Of a stretch of DNA of 64,000 nucleotides, positions 50,221 to 63,145 are shown piece by piece; the first letter of the stretch is position 1, and each line of letters opens with the position of its first letter. Source of the stretch: Podarcis gaigeae. Its lineage: Eukaryota. The stretch is taken from the NCBI GenBank assembly GCA_964106915.2, contig OZ066927.1; one strand, written 5' to 3'. Under the pieces are notes generated by a model that made no database searches, was not told the DNA's origin, and saw only the letters and a program-made list of their open reading frames with translations. The position numbers and the translations under genes were made by a program.

Positions 50221-51569
50221 ACCAGAAACATCCACTTCATGGAGCACTCGACTAGGAAACAAGCAGGGAATATGTATCCTTCCATTCCTAATCACGCAAG
50301 TACCTAAATCCATTCATGAAGTAGCATCAATCCTGTCTAATGGGGAGCAGCTGCTAACCTCATCTGATCCACTCATTCCTTTGTAATTTCTTCCCCTCTT
50401 TCTGTCCTTCCTGCTACAATTTGCAGGAATAATAACTGTCACCAAAGCAGCCAAACCACGGTAATTTTAGAACCCCGGTGTTGAAGGGGTTGGAGGAGTT
50501 TTCTCACGTTACTCAGTCTTTGGGGGCTTTTTTCGGTCAGAAACATTGGAGAGATGAAAGGGTGGAGGGTATGTGGATGACATGGAGGGAGGGGGAGTTG
50601 CGAGAACCTGAGATGGAGGGAGAGGAGGAGGAGAAAGGCCCAGTTGGGGCATTAGGAAAGCATTAGTCTTAAGTAATACCTTGTCAAGCCAGGGGATAGA
50701 GAGCAATTCCAGCTGTAAATAAGAAGAGGTTGCTTTGGGAGTAGAGCAAGACTGGTGTGGGCTTCAAGGGAAGAGAAACGGAAGATGGAAATTAGCTAAA
50801 TTAGGCAGAAACGAGGCAATAAATCGGAAACATAAACTGAGAAGCATCTTTCAGACCCTCCGGTTTCAACACCGTATGGTTTTACTTCTGGAGTCTTCTC
50901 ATTCCACGAGCCTGGCTGCACGATGGTGGTCAACACAGGTCCTCCTTTGCTACTCAACAGGAAAAAAGGAAGGGTGAGGGAGATGGGCAAGCTGATAAAG
51001 GCAGCTTTAACTGTAGGGGAAAGAATGCAGGGGAGAGTCCACTGAGGGCTGACCTCTGCTATCATGATTGTAGCAAACTGCTCAGGGACCTGCTTGGACC
51101 AGAGAGCAGGTTCTCGGTCTCCACTTTAAACCACTTCCTGCTCTCAACCAGGCCAAAGCTTGCAAGAGATCAACTTTTTCTCATGGTATTTTTGGCACTT
51201 CAATATCCGATAGAAACCAGAGCTTGTGGAGGGAGTTCTGAAAATAAAACAAGCTTTTGAAAATTTAATTAGCCAGTATTCTTAGCTGTTTCTTTGGAGG
51301 GAGAGAGAGAGTGCTTGAATTTTATTCCCATTTCAGACAGAGCTATGCAGCCATGTTTAATTTCAGAGAGAATATCACCACCACCACCATTTATAATGAT
51401 CAGGGAAAATAGACTTTTGACTGTAAACCCACTTGTTTGAGTAGTTTCCTCCTTGCCTCACATACAGTTCAAGTTCTAACCCAGGGTTTTTCCACTTCTC
51501 ATTGTTCACCTTCAGTTCTTTTTCTGGTGTGATCCTGCATTTGCCTACTCAGAAGTCAATTGTATAGAG

Positions 51570-51814
51570 CAGGCATGTCCAATCGGACGGTCGTGATCTA
51601 CCTATTGATCGCGGTACATTCCTGGTTGATCCTGGTTGATTGCGTGATCCAAGAAACTCAACAACTTTGCTGAAGCCTCCCCAGAAAAAGCTCAACAACT
51701 TTGGGTCTTCTTCCCCAGAGAAAGCTCATCCTTTATTCAATCCAATGGATAGATCACTGCCAGTTTTTTAATAGTGGGAGTAGATCGCAGTCTCTTGGGA
51801 GTTGGACATGCCTG
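51570..51814. mobile_element. hAT MITE
   Basis: TIR CAGGCATGTCCAA / TTGGACATGCCTG; perfect 8-bp TSD GTATAGAG. Confidence 0.92.
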
Positions 51815-53068
51815 GTATAGAGGTACAATTCACAGATAAATGGGCAGAGGATTGCAGCCTCAGACATTTGAAGCAGGGCTATAATTAAATCTAACCAATC
51901 AATCTCTCAGAAGCCTTGTTAAACAACTGAAAAGGCAACCCAGATTAACAGGGTAACACGGGTTTGTTCATTTGCTTGGCTAGTAGCATTTTATTGATTT
52001 ATTTATTTTTTGGCATGCAAACAATTGTCAGTTCTCGGTTATTAGTTTATTTAGAATATATGCGCCCCACTCATCACTAAAGAAGGCTCCCATATAATCA
52101 ATTAAAGCAATTACATGCAATCAATTAAAACAAGACAGTCCCTTCTCACAGGCTTAAAATCAAAACACACACAAACACAGGAAAAGGGATAGGAACAGAA
52201 TCAAATTCAGGCACCGCTTCTTAACCAGCTGTTCTCATAATGGCCAGCTAGAGGCAGCCCATTCCTTATCACCACCATATATATAGGTACCCCACATAAT
52301 TTGAAACTTTCCAGTGCTGTACATGAATTCAGTAAATAACATCTTCAGGGGCATCATGGCCACCCTTTGCCCCCAAACCTGCCCCTTTTATTGATTCCTT
52401 CCCTTCCTTTTCCTCATCACTTGCACACCATGCACACAAACTCCCATCCAGAAAACTAACCAGGAAAAGGGATGTGCTAACCAGATGCAGAAACGGTGTG
52501 TCAATCCTGTTAAACAAAAGTAGATAAATAATTGCAGAGATGATGTTGGTGGGAGAAAGGCAAGACATGAACACAAGAAAATGAATGAATGGTGGTCTAG
52601 ATATTTTTAATATAACAAAAAAATAAAAATAAAGATGTGGCAATGGTCACTGGTGCAGGTGGCTTAAAAATGGGATGGCATGCATTTATGGAGGATGAGC
52701 CTAATGTTACAGTTCATATTCTGGTTCAGAGAGATCTGGCAACTTTCAGCAGCCGAAGTGCCTTCAGATCCCCAAGTCTGCCTCTGAGATTTACAAGTGA
52801 TCTGGTGAGGTTGTCATCCTGGCAGGAAGTCCCAGCCCTTTCTCATCATCAGGAACTTAAATTTTGAATAGTATTATTTGGCCAAATAATTATGCAGTCC
52901 CCAAAGTTTATTTTCTTTCTTATTCTTTTCCCTCCCCGCTCCTTCCACTGGAGGTGCAATTCTATCACTCACAGTCAGCAGTCACACAATGGTCTATTCA
53001 ATTTCCCTGATGGTTATTTCCATATTATATTTGAGCTTTCAGGCGGTGTGAAAGCCGCATCCAGAAAT

Positions 53069-53342
53069 CTGATGTTCACATTGAACATCACAGGATGACG
53101 TCACTATTCCCCCACCCGTTACACACCTACATGAATATAGCATATGTTTCACTCTCATTTCCATGTTACGTAATTTCAGAAGAAATTTGCTTGCAGCCTA
53201 GCAAATTGTGGGAGTAAAATATGGGGCCGTATACCAGCCTACAGTTCTTTCCTGTCATTTTCATGGGGCAAGAGAAGCATGTAGGTGTGCAATGGGTGGG
53301 GGAATAGTGACGTCATCCTGTGATGTTCACTGTGAACATCAG
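53069..53342. repeat. 65-bp inverted repeat (62/65 identical) with a 144-bp spacer
   Basis: Arms at 53069-53133 and 53278-53342, aligned by eye; each contains TGACGTCA. Confidence 0.95.
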
Positions 53343-55104
53343 GTATGAATGAAATTTAGCATCAGTTGCCAGTCTATCAGTCAAATGCCACAGTTCCATA
53401 ACAGAACAGGTCCTGCAGTGTGAAAGGAACATTAGCAAACAGGATATATGTGCTAGCATTATAATCAGGAAAACTAATGCAATATCCCCCATATCTGAAT
53501 GTGCCCGCAGTCTCTGCCTGACTCCCCATCCCCATTACTTATCTCTTTCATTTAGATTTTCTTCTCTGGGGTGCTAAGGCTTTTGCAGGCTGTTGATCTT
53601 CCTGGGTTTGGCAGCTGCCCCTCCTCCTATCACTGTTTGGCAGTGATTCCCCCCCTGACTGTGTTTTGTGCTCAGCCATGATGAAACCAGAGAGGGCTGA
53701 AGACTTGAGTCACCTGTCAATGGCTCATTACATCTAACAATAGCTGTTAGGGTATCAGAGCTAAACAGATCCCTCAGATTCAGAAGCATGTATATACTGG
53801 GTGGCGGGGACAGAAGCAAGTCAGGGCAATTGCTTCCCAAAGTCCTTGATTATGCTTCATTTTCTAGATGCCTCTTTCTTGGCCACAGCAGGAAACAGGA
53901 TGTGGGAGCTGATAGATATATGGTCTGATCCAGCTGAGCTCTCCATAAGCTCTAATGCACTCTGTGTCAGAACAAAAATATTCTATGCCGATTTAACCCG
54001 AATCCTACCACGCCCAAGGCCAAGATTCTGCAAATGCGTCTAAATGAGATGGGAGGCATTGAATAGAGAAAGGGCTGGCCCTTAAGAGCTTTGAGCCTGC
54101 TGCTTAAAAGCTCTCAAACCTTTCAGATGCAGGCATTATCGGGATTATCCATCTCAGCCATAGGATGCCACAAAGTGTCTGATTACTATATTGTTAGAGT
54201 GCTGAAGTCTGAAATCTGACTATCAGGCAGGGCTCAGCAGGGAACCCAACCTTCTGCACTCTACCACTCAAGTCACTTTTCAATCCAAAAGAGAGAGAGA
54301 TTGGTGGGGAGAGTAAGATCACAAATGGAATCAGAATCTATCTAACTTAGCAATCAAGAGGGAAGAGAAAATGGGAGACGGGTTTTAGGGGATGAGAAAA
54401 TTAAGAACTGGCTGGGGGGAAATCAAGCCTCAGCCTACAGAGTTTCCTGTGAAATGCAATTGTATCTCTCTCTCTCTTGTTTTTTAAACTTCCCTTCTGG
54501 GGGGAGCGAATGGAATGGCAATTGCAGATGATGTAAAACAAACCAGCTTTCTCTCTGGCTCCACTTTGGAGCTCCCCCTCCCCTCTCAAACCACCGCCAT
54601 TGCTCCTGCCAGGCACACGAGGCTGGGGTGGGGTGGGAGCAGACGCTCTCCAAAGACTCCTTTCCTCCACTCAAATACATTTGCTTCCAAATAATGTGTA
54701 ATTAAATGTGTGGTATTGAATTAATGTTGCAGCTGAAGTGCTCTGGCAGCCTGGGATTCGGGGAGGGAGGGGAAGGGGGGGCTGGCTGGTGGAAAATAAA
54801 ATATACTCACTAGAAAGTTTGCCTTCTCTCATTTCCTTTTCTTCCCATCCCTGCCAAATATTCACTCCCCAAACACCCTGTCCACACTCCACCTTTGCCC
54901 CCTCTATTTTCCAATAGGGCTTGGATCATGACAGCAAGGTTGAGGAAAATATCCCCTTCCACGGCAGCTGTGTTTGCAAGGCTCCCTGGTGCTGCTTTTA
55001 GAGTCTAGCGACTGGACAAGGGAGAGCAAGGAATCTAGCCCTTAAGAGAGGGAAGGGAAACCTCAGGTCTGGGAGCCCAATGCAGCTCTCCACATGGGTG
55101 TAGC

Positions 55105-55536
55105 CAGGGCCAGATTTAGGTTTGATGAGGCCCTAAGCTACTGAAGGTAATGGGGCCCTTTATATGTCCAGCTGTCCTTTGTCAACAATAAATTGTCACT
55201 GTTTTTTGTGTTGAATATATGCTATATGGTAATTTATGGACCTAATAGGTATCTAAAGCCATTTGCACATGCAGAATGTAGGCACCCTATATATAGAAAT
55301 GAGGAAACCAGTGATATTTTAGGGAGCAGGCTAGCAGGTGGGGCCGATTACTTACGTCATAGGAGCCTACACAACACAACACACTGCTGCTGTATGTAGG
55401 TGGAGTTTTTTTGTTTATCTTATATTTTGGAAATGTACATCCAGTTTCTTTCCCTTTAATTTTTTTTTGCCCCCCCCCCCAAGAGAGTAGGGCCCTAAGC
55501 TATAGCTTGTTTAGCTTACACGTAAATCTGGAACTG
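55105..55536. mobile_element. hAT-like MITE nested in another MITE (about 55093-55667)
   Basis: Inner TIR CAGGGCCAGATTTA / TAAATCTGGAACTG; outer ends CATGGGTGTAGC / GCTATTTCCATG. Confidence 0.6.
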
Positions 55537-56435
55537 GACGTATCTAAGAGGGAAGCGCGGGGCAGCTGCCCCCCATCAAGCAATTCAATTAAAAAATCCT
55601 TAACTGAGGTTCTATTCTCCTAACATGAAGCCACCTCCCCCCCAACCTAAATCCTGGCTATTTCCATGGCTCTCCAGTTCTTTCTGCCAAGCTCCCAAAC
55701 ACTCTCTCCCCTCCTGCATTTCAAGTCACATTCACACATTTCTGTATACACCAGAGGGAGGATGGGAATTTCTTTACTCCGTGTAACTTTCCTATTTGGT
55801 TTCTCCATGCCTGGCCTCAACCGTCTGTCATCCACACACATGCTGCCATCTGCGCATGTGCAGTGGCTGTCTCAAAATGTACACACTTCCGCTGAACTGT
55901 CAAATTAATGTAGTTTCTATTTTCTAATTGTGCTGGAAGCCGGTTGGAGGGGAAATCCATTAAGCCACAGTGCTTCTGAAGGAATTACAGGATAGATACA
56001 GATTTTGTCTAACGTCATGTGTACATGGCTTCAATAAGCAGCAGTGGCAGGGCACTAGAGGCAGTGTCAATGGTCACGTGTACACATTTGCTTTCTCTCT
56101 AGATGACTGGGAGGGAGACCCCCTGCATGAAATTAAGCCGATAGATACATAAAGTTAGGCTTAGAGCCTCAGGCACTCCAGAAGGGTAGCCAATATGATT
56201 TTCTCCAGATATTCTTTGGTCTATACAACTCCCATCATCTCTGGCCAGTGACCATGTTGGTGGGGTTGGTGGAAGTTTATTTATTTAAAACAATTTATAT
56301 ACAGCTTAACTACAATAGTTCCTAAGCGGCTTACAAAGGGGCAAACAAACCAACAAACAAACACAATTAAAACTATAAAGTCAAAATCAATTAAATTGGC
56401 AGCTGGAATTGAAAAGTATTCAGTAGGCACCAGAG

Positions 56436-56639
56436 CAGGGGTCAGCAAACTTTTTCAGCAGGGCACCGGTCCACTGTCCCTCAGACCTTGGGGGGGGGGG
56501 CAGACTATATTTTGAAGAAAAAAATGAACGAATTCCTATGCCCCACAAATAACTTGCTGATTCCTGGACAGTCCGCGGGCCGGATTTAGAAGGCGATTGG
56601 GCAAGATCCGGCCCCCGGGCCTTAGTTTGCCTACCCATG
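56436..56639. mobile_element. hAT (Charlie-like) MITE inserted in an L2-like fragment (about 56275-56760, -)
   Basis: TIR CAGGGGTCAGCAAAC / GTTTGCCTACCCATG; perfect 8-bp TSD CACCAGAG. Confidence 0.9.
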
Positions 56640-57627
56640 CACCAGAGGTTCAGTAGGGAGGAGGCCTGTCTGATCTTGGCTGAAAGGGAGTTCCGTAAAA
56701 TTGGTCCCACAATTCTAAACACATGGGACCTGGTGGATACAAGACGTGTATCTGAGCCATGTGGTATACAAAGGCATGATGTTTACTACCCCTGCTCTGG
56801 ATGGATGAATGGATAGGTGGATGGATGGGGGCTTCTTGTGAACAACAGCAAGCAGGGATGTAAAAGCCTGTTCCTTAGAAAGGTGTGAAATGGATGTGTC
56901 TGAAATGCAGCATAGTAAAGGCCGATGGTGGGTATGACTGGGGGGAATGGAGCTATGAGTTGGGAGGGAGAGAGAGAAACTGGGAGTGAAAGATGAAAGG
57001 GAATCCTGCGTGAGTTATTCCTTTTCCCTCTGGCTGCCTAAGAAGGCCTCTAGAGGCTCCGCTGAATCGGAGCAAACAGCAATCCATGGAAAACCCAACT
57101 GTTGTTTGCTCCAATTCAGCAGTAAAATGTGCGTTTTCCCAGTGAAAGCGCCTGGACAACAAACAAACAAAATGGACCTGTGTCTAGAAACATGGTACGA
57201 AATGGAAGTCTGGATGAGCTCTAGGGAAGCTAGAGAAAGTCAGTTCAGGTTGTATATAAAGGTGAATCCATCTTGTTTGCACTTCCTAAAACAACATGGA
57301 AAGTGAAATGCAGCCACCCTCAAAAATTCACCCATATCCGATTTTTGCAATCAAGTAATGTGGACCCCTTTCCAAACTGCGATCTTGTGTATGTGAGTTT
57401 AGAATCTATAGAAGGTATCCAGACCATACAGGCCCTTTGTGAAGAGGTTGCCATAGAGACAGATGGGTGAGCCTTTTCCCATCTCACCTGGATGTATGCC
57501 ATGTCCTCCTAGGTTGATGAACAATAGGCGAGTGTTGTGTGTTTTTGGCTAATGCTGGAAGCTGAGAACACAGGCATGTTTGTTGTGTGCTGGACCACAA
57601 AATTGTGACTTGGGACTTCCCTGCAAA

Positions 57628-58004
57628 CCCTATTTTCCAGGGGCAGCCCCAAATTTACAGAAGCTGTCCTAGTATCTGATTTGATGCTGGAATGTCCTGC
57701 TTTTCCTTAGGATATCCCTATTTTCACTGGGAAAATGTTTGAGGGTATGGAATTTTGCAACCTGCAAAGCCAAGGAGATAATTAACTCTACAACTTTTAG
57801 AAGAGATCGGAAGGCAGCCCTATATAGAGAAGGTTTATTTTAAAAAATGTTTAATGTTTCATTATGTTTTTATATATGTTGGAAGCAGCCCAGAGTGGCT
57901 GGGGCAACCCAGTCAGATGCACAGGGTGTAAATAGTAAAATTATTATTATCATCATCATGGAATAGGACATCCCTATTTTCATTGAAGAAATGTTGAAGG
58001 GTAT
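57628..58004. mobile_element. Composite MITE carrying an internal L2 3' end (copy 2)
   Basis: Collinear with 41617-42051, including the same L2 segment. Confidence 0.75.
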
Positions 58005-59348
58005 AAGATTAAGCATCCTTCTTCAGACTTATGAAAGATTTCTGGGGAGACACTAAACAAGCTGCACTCTCATACACGCATGCCACAAACCACCTTGGTT
58101 CCAAAAACATTTTAAGAAGTGATGAAATCCAGAACTGAATCAAGTTTTAATTTGAACAGCAGATCTTGCAGTTGGCTTGAGCGAGTGAAATTAGCCTGGG
58201 GATTGCACCCTTTTAAGTTTCCCATAATGGGTTTTGGATCCTGCTTGTGGGTTTAAAACCTCATTCAAAGAGAATGTTTAGCCCGCATGTTAGCTGCATG
58301 AGTTTCTAATCGGGCCTGCGTGATTCTCCTGCCTTTGTCTGCTGAAGCATTTCATGTCAGTCATCAGAAGAGCTGGGCAGCCAGTGTATGAATTGCTAAT
58401 AACTTGCAGTCATCTGTATAGTTTTGAAATTCATTCAGCAGCAGTTAGTTATGTATCTTAATTACAAGTTGCCTCACAGATTTGTGAATTTTGCATTTGA
58501 TGTTAATAGTTGCAGGGGGGCTGAGCCGACGTAACGTTTATTGTTACAATCATTCAAAGAAGAGATTAGTGAATAATTTTGAATAATGAATAAATAAGGT
58601 GATTTCTGTATATTTCCATGGACAACTTGTGAACAGAAAGATTGGGAGGGAGGGCGGAGGTTCTGGGAGAAGAGAAGAAGCTGTAAAAAGAAAAAAGGGA
58701 AAGGAAAATCACCCTCTTCTTCTTGAATTAATTATTCTCAGTTTTGCATTATGCGCTCACCCATTGTCATTATTCATAAAGCACAGTAGGTGTGAGCGTG
58801 GCTTTAGAAGCACATAAAAGCAGGCGTCCCTGCCAGGAAGAGTTTCAGATCGACTCGGGAGATCAATGTGCTGTAGGACAGGATATAAAAGAAGGCAACT
58901 TTAAAGCAGGCAAGGAAGAACAGGGAGAAGGAAAGCATTCTAAAGGAAAAGTTTGGAAGAACTAATAAATGCACGGTTGCAAGAAGGGGCAAAATGGCCA
59001 CAGTAGTTATGCTCCAGCATGAGCCACAGCAGCAGATACCCATTCAGCTTTGGGGCAGCCAGGGGATGACATCATTTCCCCCATCTGTCACACTGCCTCC
59101 CCCACCTGTCACACTGCCTGAAATTAGTTTGATGACCATTTGTCACACATGATTTAGTTGAGATTCCTACATTGCAGGGGGTCGGACAAGGTTGTGGGAT
59201 ATAAAGCTGTCAATCAAGTCCAACATTCTGAGAGAGGACTAACTGCCTCTATGTGGCAGGCAGTTTTGTCAGTTGGTCAGTTGCTGCAAGGAGTGTGAAC
59301 TGGTAACTGCTTGGGTGCAGTCTTCTCATGATTCACTACTATCTAGTA

Positions 59349-59574
59349 CAGTGGTACCTCGGGTTACAGACGCCTCAGGTTACAGACTCCGCTAACCCAG
59401 AAACAGTACCTCGGGTTAAGAACTTTGCTTCAGGATAAGAACAGAAATCGTGCTCCGGTGGCGCGGCGGCAGGGGGAGGCCCCATTAGCTAAAGTGGTGC
59501 TTCAGGTTAAGAACAGTTTCAGGTTAAGAACGGACCTCCAAAACGAATTAAGTTCTTAACTTGAGGTACCACAG
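59349..59574 (+). mobile_element. Tc1/mariner (Tigger-like) MITE, intact
   Basis: TA|CAGTGGTACCTC...GAGGTACCACAG|TA; CpGs retained, suggesting a young copy. Confidence 0.9.
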
Positions 59575-61436
59575 TATATAGTTTATCTGTTATGTAACCT
59601 AAGCCTGCATTCAGGAACAACTCTGTAAACCTGAATGAATCTAATAGTAAAGTAGTTTATGTTAATATGATTCAGATTCATGTGTGTGTTTTTTAAGAGG
59701 GACAGAAAGGGATTATCAACCAGGAAGGTATAATTATTGATAGGACTCAAATGAGTTAGCAACCCGCTTGTCACTGCATAAACTCAAACAGGGGATCATT
59801 TAAACTCTGCTAAATTATATAAACATTCCCACAAAGGTGATACACAGGATCCCTTCCAATTCTACAATTCTAAGAGCCTGGGGTGCAGATCAGAGGGAAG
59901 ACTTCATCTCCCTAGCTCTCCTCTGGTCCGTTCCCTGGGCCCAAAAGAAAGCCGTGCCCAGGCACTGCTGTCAGTTGGAGCTTGGACTCCCCACTTGACG
60001 CTCTATGTGTTGGACTCCTTGAAGTTAAGTGGGCAGACGCTCTGTTAAACCTCACTATGGAAGTCTTCTTTTGCCATATTTGGGGCCAGGCAAGAATTTG
60101 CCTTCAGGTGAGTAGGGTCCATCTGAAGGCAATCGTCACAACTTGATGTAGGTTGAGGCACTGGGGGTGGATCCTTTGTCTAGTTGGATGCCAGGGTCAG
60201 AACTCAAATCAGCTGAAAGAATCATCTATAAGAATCTCACCTGTGATTCCCAGCAACTGGCATACAGTGGCCTACTGCCCTTGACAGTGGAAGTAACCAT
60301 AGCAAACATGATTTGTAACCATTGCTAGCCTTATTCTCAAATTCTTACCCATTCATAAGAACGTAAGCAGAACCTTGTAGGATCTGGTGAATGGCCCATC
60401 TAGTTCAGCATCATGTTCTCACAGGAAGCAACTGGAATTAAAATGTGAACATAAAGTACGGTAAACCATATCTCTCCCCCATTCTTAAATTTGCCTCCTC
60501 TGATTTAAAAAAATCCCTACATATGAAAAGCAAGCTTCTTATGACAAAAATTATTTTCCCCCCATTTTTCCATTCTTTATTTATTTCTACGCTTCCTCCA
60601 AGGAAATCAGGGAAACATAATTGTTTCCCCATTCCCCCCCCCCCAATTGTATTCTCCAAGCAAACCTGTGAGATAGATTAAGTTAGAAGCCAGTGACTGG
60701 TCCAAGGCTCAGCCAGTGAGCAAGGCTCAGAACCAGGTCCTAGGCCAAAACTCTATCCATTATTTCACACTGACTCTTGAGGTGCTAGGGTAAATATCTT
60801 TCTGCTGTAGCTGTGTTGAATGTGTAGTGTATTATTTTTGTCTGTATCATTCACATATTCCATTCGTAACTTACAGTTTGGAACACTACAGCTTTGTAAT
60901 TCATGTGCCTTTGGAAACAGCTCCTTGTGCATTTTCTCCTTGTCAGATGGATTAAACAAAAAAACATCTTCATGATGCAGACCTACTTCCAAGAGTCATA
61001 AAGAGGGAAATTTAGTTGAAAGTTGCAGACTTGATCCTTTTGGCTCTGAAAATGTTGCGGGCCAGACGGAGAAACATTTGGCCCTCCAGATGTTCCCGGA
61101 CCATAATTTCTATCATCCATAATCATTGGCCATGATGGCTTGGGTTGATGGGAATACAACAACATCTGGAGGTTCAAAGTTAGGCAGTATCAAAACTAGT
61201 CTTCACTTTTGCCCTGAACAAGGAATGCAAGAAGCTGTCTTAAACCAGATCAGACTCTTTCTTCATCTGACCCAATAGTGTCTACTCTGACTGGCAGAAC
61301 TCTCTGGGGTCTCAGGCAGAGAAAGGTCTTCCATATCAGCTGCTGCCTGATCTTCTAACAGAAGTCAGAGGCTGAATATTCTGCTTGCAAAGTGAGGGCG
61401 CTACCACTGAACTATGAAGTTTGTGTAACTGTCTTA

Positions 61437-61770
61437 GGCCCTGTCTTCGCTACACATTTAAAGCAGTACCATACCACTTTAAACACTCATGGTTTCTCCC
61501 AGAGAATCATGGGAACTGTAGCTGGAGAAGGGTGCTAAAAGTTGTTAGAAGACCGCTTTTCCCGACACGGAGCTAAAATTCACAGAGTGGTTTAGCAATT
61601 GATCCCTCTTCCCAATAAACTCTATAAACTGTAGCTCTCTGAGGGGAATAGGTGGTAGCCTAACAACTCTTAGCACCCTTATCCAACTACAGTTCCATTA
61701 TTCTCTCGGGGAAGCCACGAGTGTTTAAAGTGCTTTGGTACTGCTTTAAATGTATTCTGCATATGGGTCC
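61437..61770. mobile_element. Long palindromic MITE (Harbinger-like), near full-length
   Basis: TTTAAAGCAGTACCATACCACTTTAAACACTC ... GAGTGTTTAAAGTGCTTTGGTACTGCTTTAAA. Confidence 0.8.
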
Positions 61771-62817
61771 GCACTTACATTAATGAGCATTATTTATTTT
61801 TGTGGTGCATGTATCTCCATCATATGTTAAACTTTTCACCTCAAGCCTTGTCATATTTTATAATCTTACTGAGACTGAATATAAGTCCAATTGTATTGAG
61901 GCAAAAGTCTTGTGTGAGAGATTATGTTTGTTTCAGTGGAGTATATAAGCATCTGTTTACCTTGAGGACTACAAAACCCAAGATGTATTCTGGCTGTGAG
62001 GAAACATCACAAGTCTAGATTGCACCAAATTAGAGGAGTACAAAGGAACGGAGTCCATTTTATATGGATTTTCCATATAAATCCATTGCATGGGCTGAGG
62101 AATCAATGTTGGTGGATATTGTCCCTATGGGTTTGTTGTTTGTTGTTCTTTTTTTCTACACAAGACTAGCATGAAGATGTGAAGTGAAATACAAGAAAGG
62201 GGAGAAGGATCTGATGGAGGTGGATCTTATAATAATGGTCAAAATAATATTGATCTGTATCGGGGTGTTGAGAAAAACAGTTTGAAAGAAGTTTATTTTC
62301 TCCCTCAAGTTATTTACTGGGGTCTTGTCGCTCAACAAAATGTGTATTAGCAAGGGAATAGGAATCATAGGGCATGGAGTGAATTAACAGAGCAGGTGAC
62401 TGTTTCTGAGAGTGAAAATAAATTGTGTGAACCTGATGCAAATCAATTTTAATTCAGGAAGGATAAACAGCCCAAGCCATTAGCTAGAGAAAGTGATTTG
62501 TGCGGCTGTCCATTTTGAGGGTGATAGTAGTTAATTGCAGTCAGGCTTGGGAAGGGCAATTTCATACACCTGTCTGCCTTCTGTGGGCTAAAGTTTGACT
62601 TTGGTGCCTCCGGGAGTAGATCACTGTGGTCAGGAAGATGTTTCCCCCTTCCCCGCCTCCCTTCCTTGGGATCATCAGAAATGGTTTCAGAGGCAGGCAG
62701 GATGTTGGTTAGCAAGGAGCAATAAAATTCACTTGTACGACAGTGTCCTTGGCAAGGACATCAACAGCTGTGATGAAACTAGGGGTTCTTCAAGAAGCAA
62801 TGTCAATGCAAGAACAT

Positions 62818-63145
62818 GGCTGCCTTGTGAATCTGCTCCATCTAGATTGGTATTATCTACTCTGACTGGAATTTCAGACAAGAATCTTTCCAGCGCTACC
62901 TGGAGGTGCTGGGGATTGAATGTGTGACCTTTATAGACAAGCATCTGCCACCAAGCCATGGCTCTTTACATAGGAACACAGGAATCTGCTAGACAATTAG
63001 TCCACCGAGCCCAGTGGTTTCTGCCCTGGCTGCATCCATTCTCTGGGGTTTCAGACAAGAACTTTCCCCAGCCCTCCCTGGTGATCCAGGGATGGAATCT
63101 GGAAGCTACCAAATGCAGCAAACATGCTGTTCCGCTCAGCTATGC
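62818..63145 (-). mobile_element. Two tandem Squam3-like SINE copies
   Basis: Twice-repeated TTTCAGACAAGAA.CTTTCC.AGC...CCTGG.G.T.C.GGG.A.TG.A pattern. Confidence 0.6.

Noticed and set aside
53069-53342. Inverted repeat as a pre-miRNA or CRISPR unit
   Set aside because: The 144-nt loop is too large for a pre-miRNA, no known mature miRNA was recognised, and there is no array.
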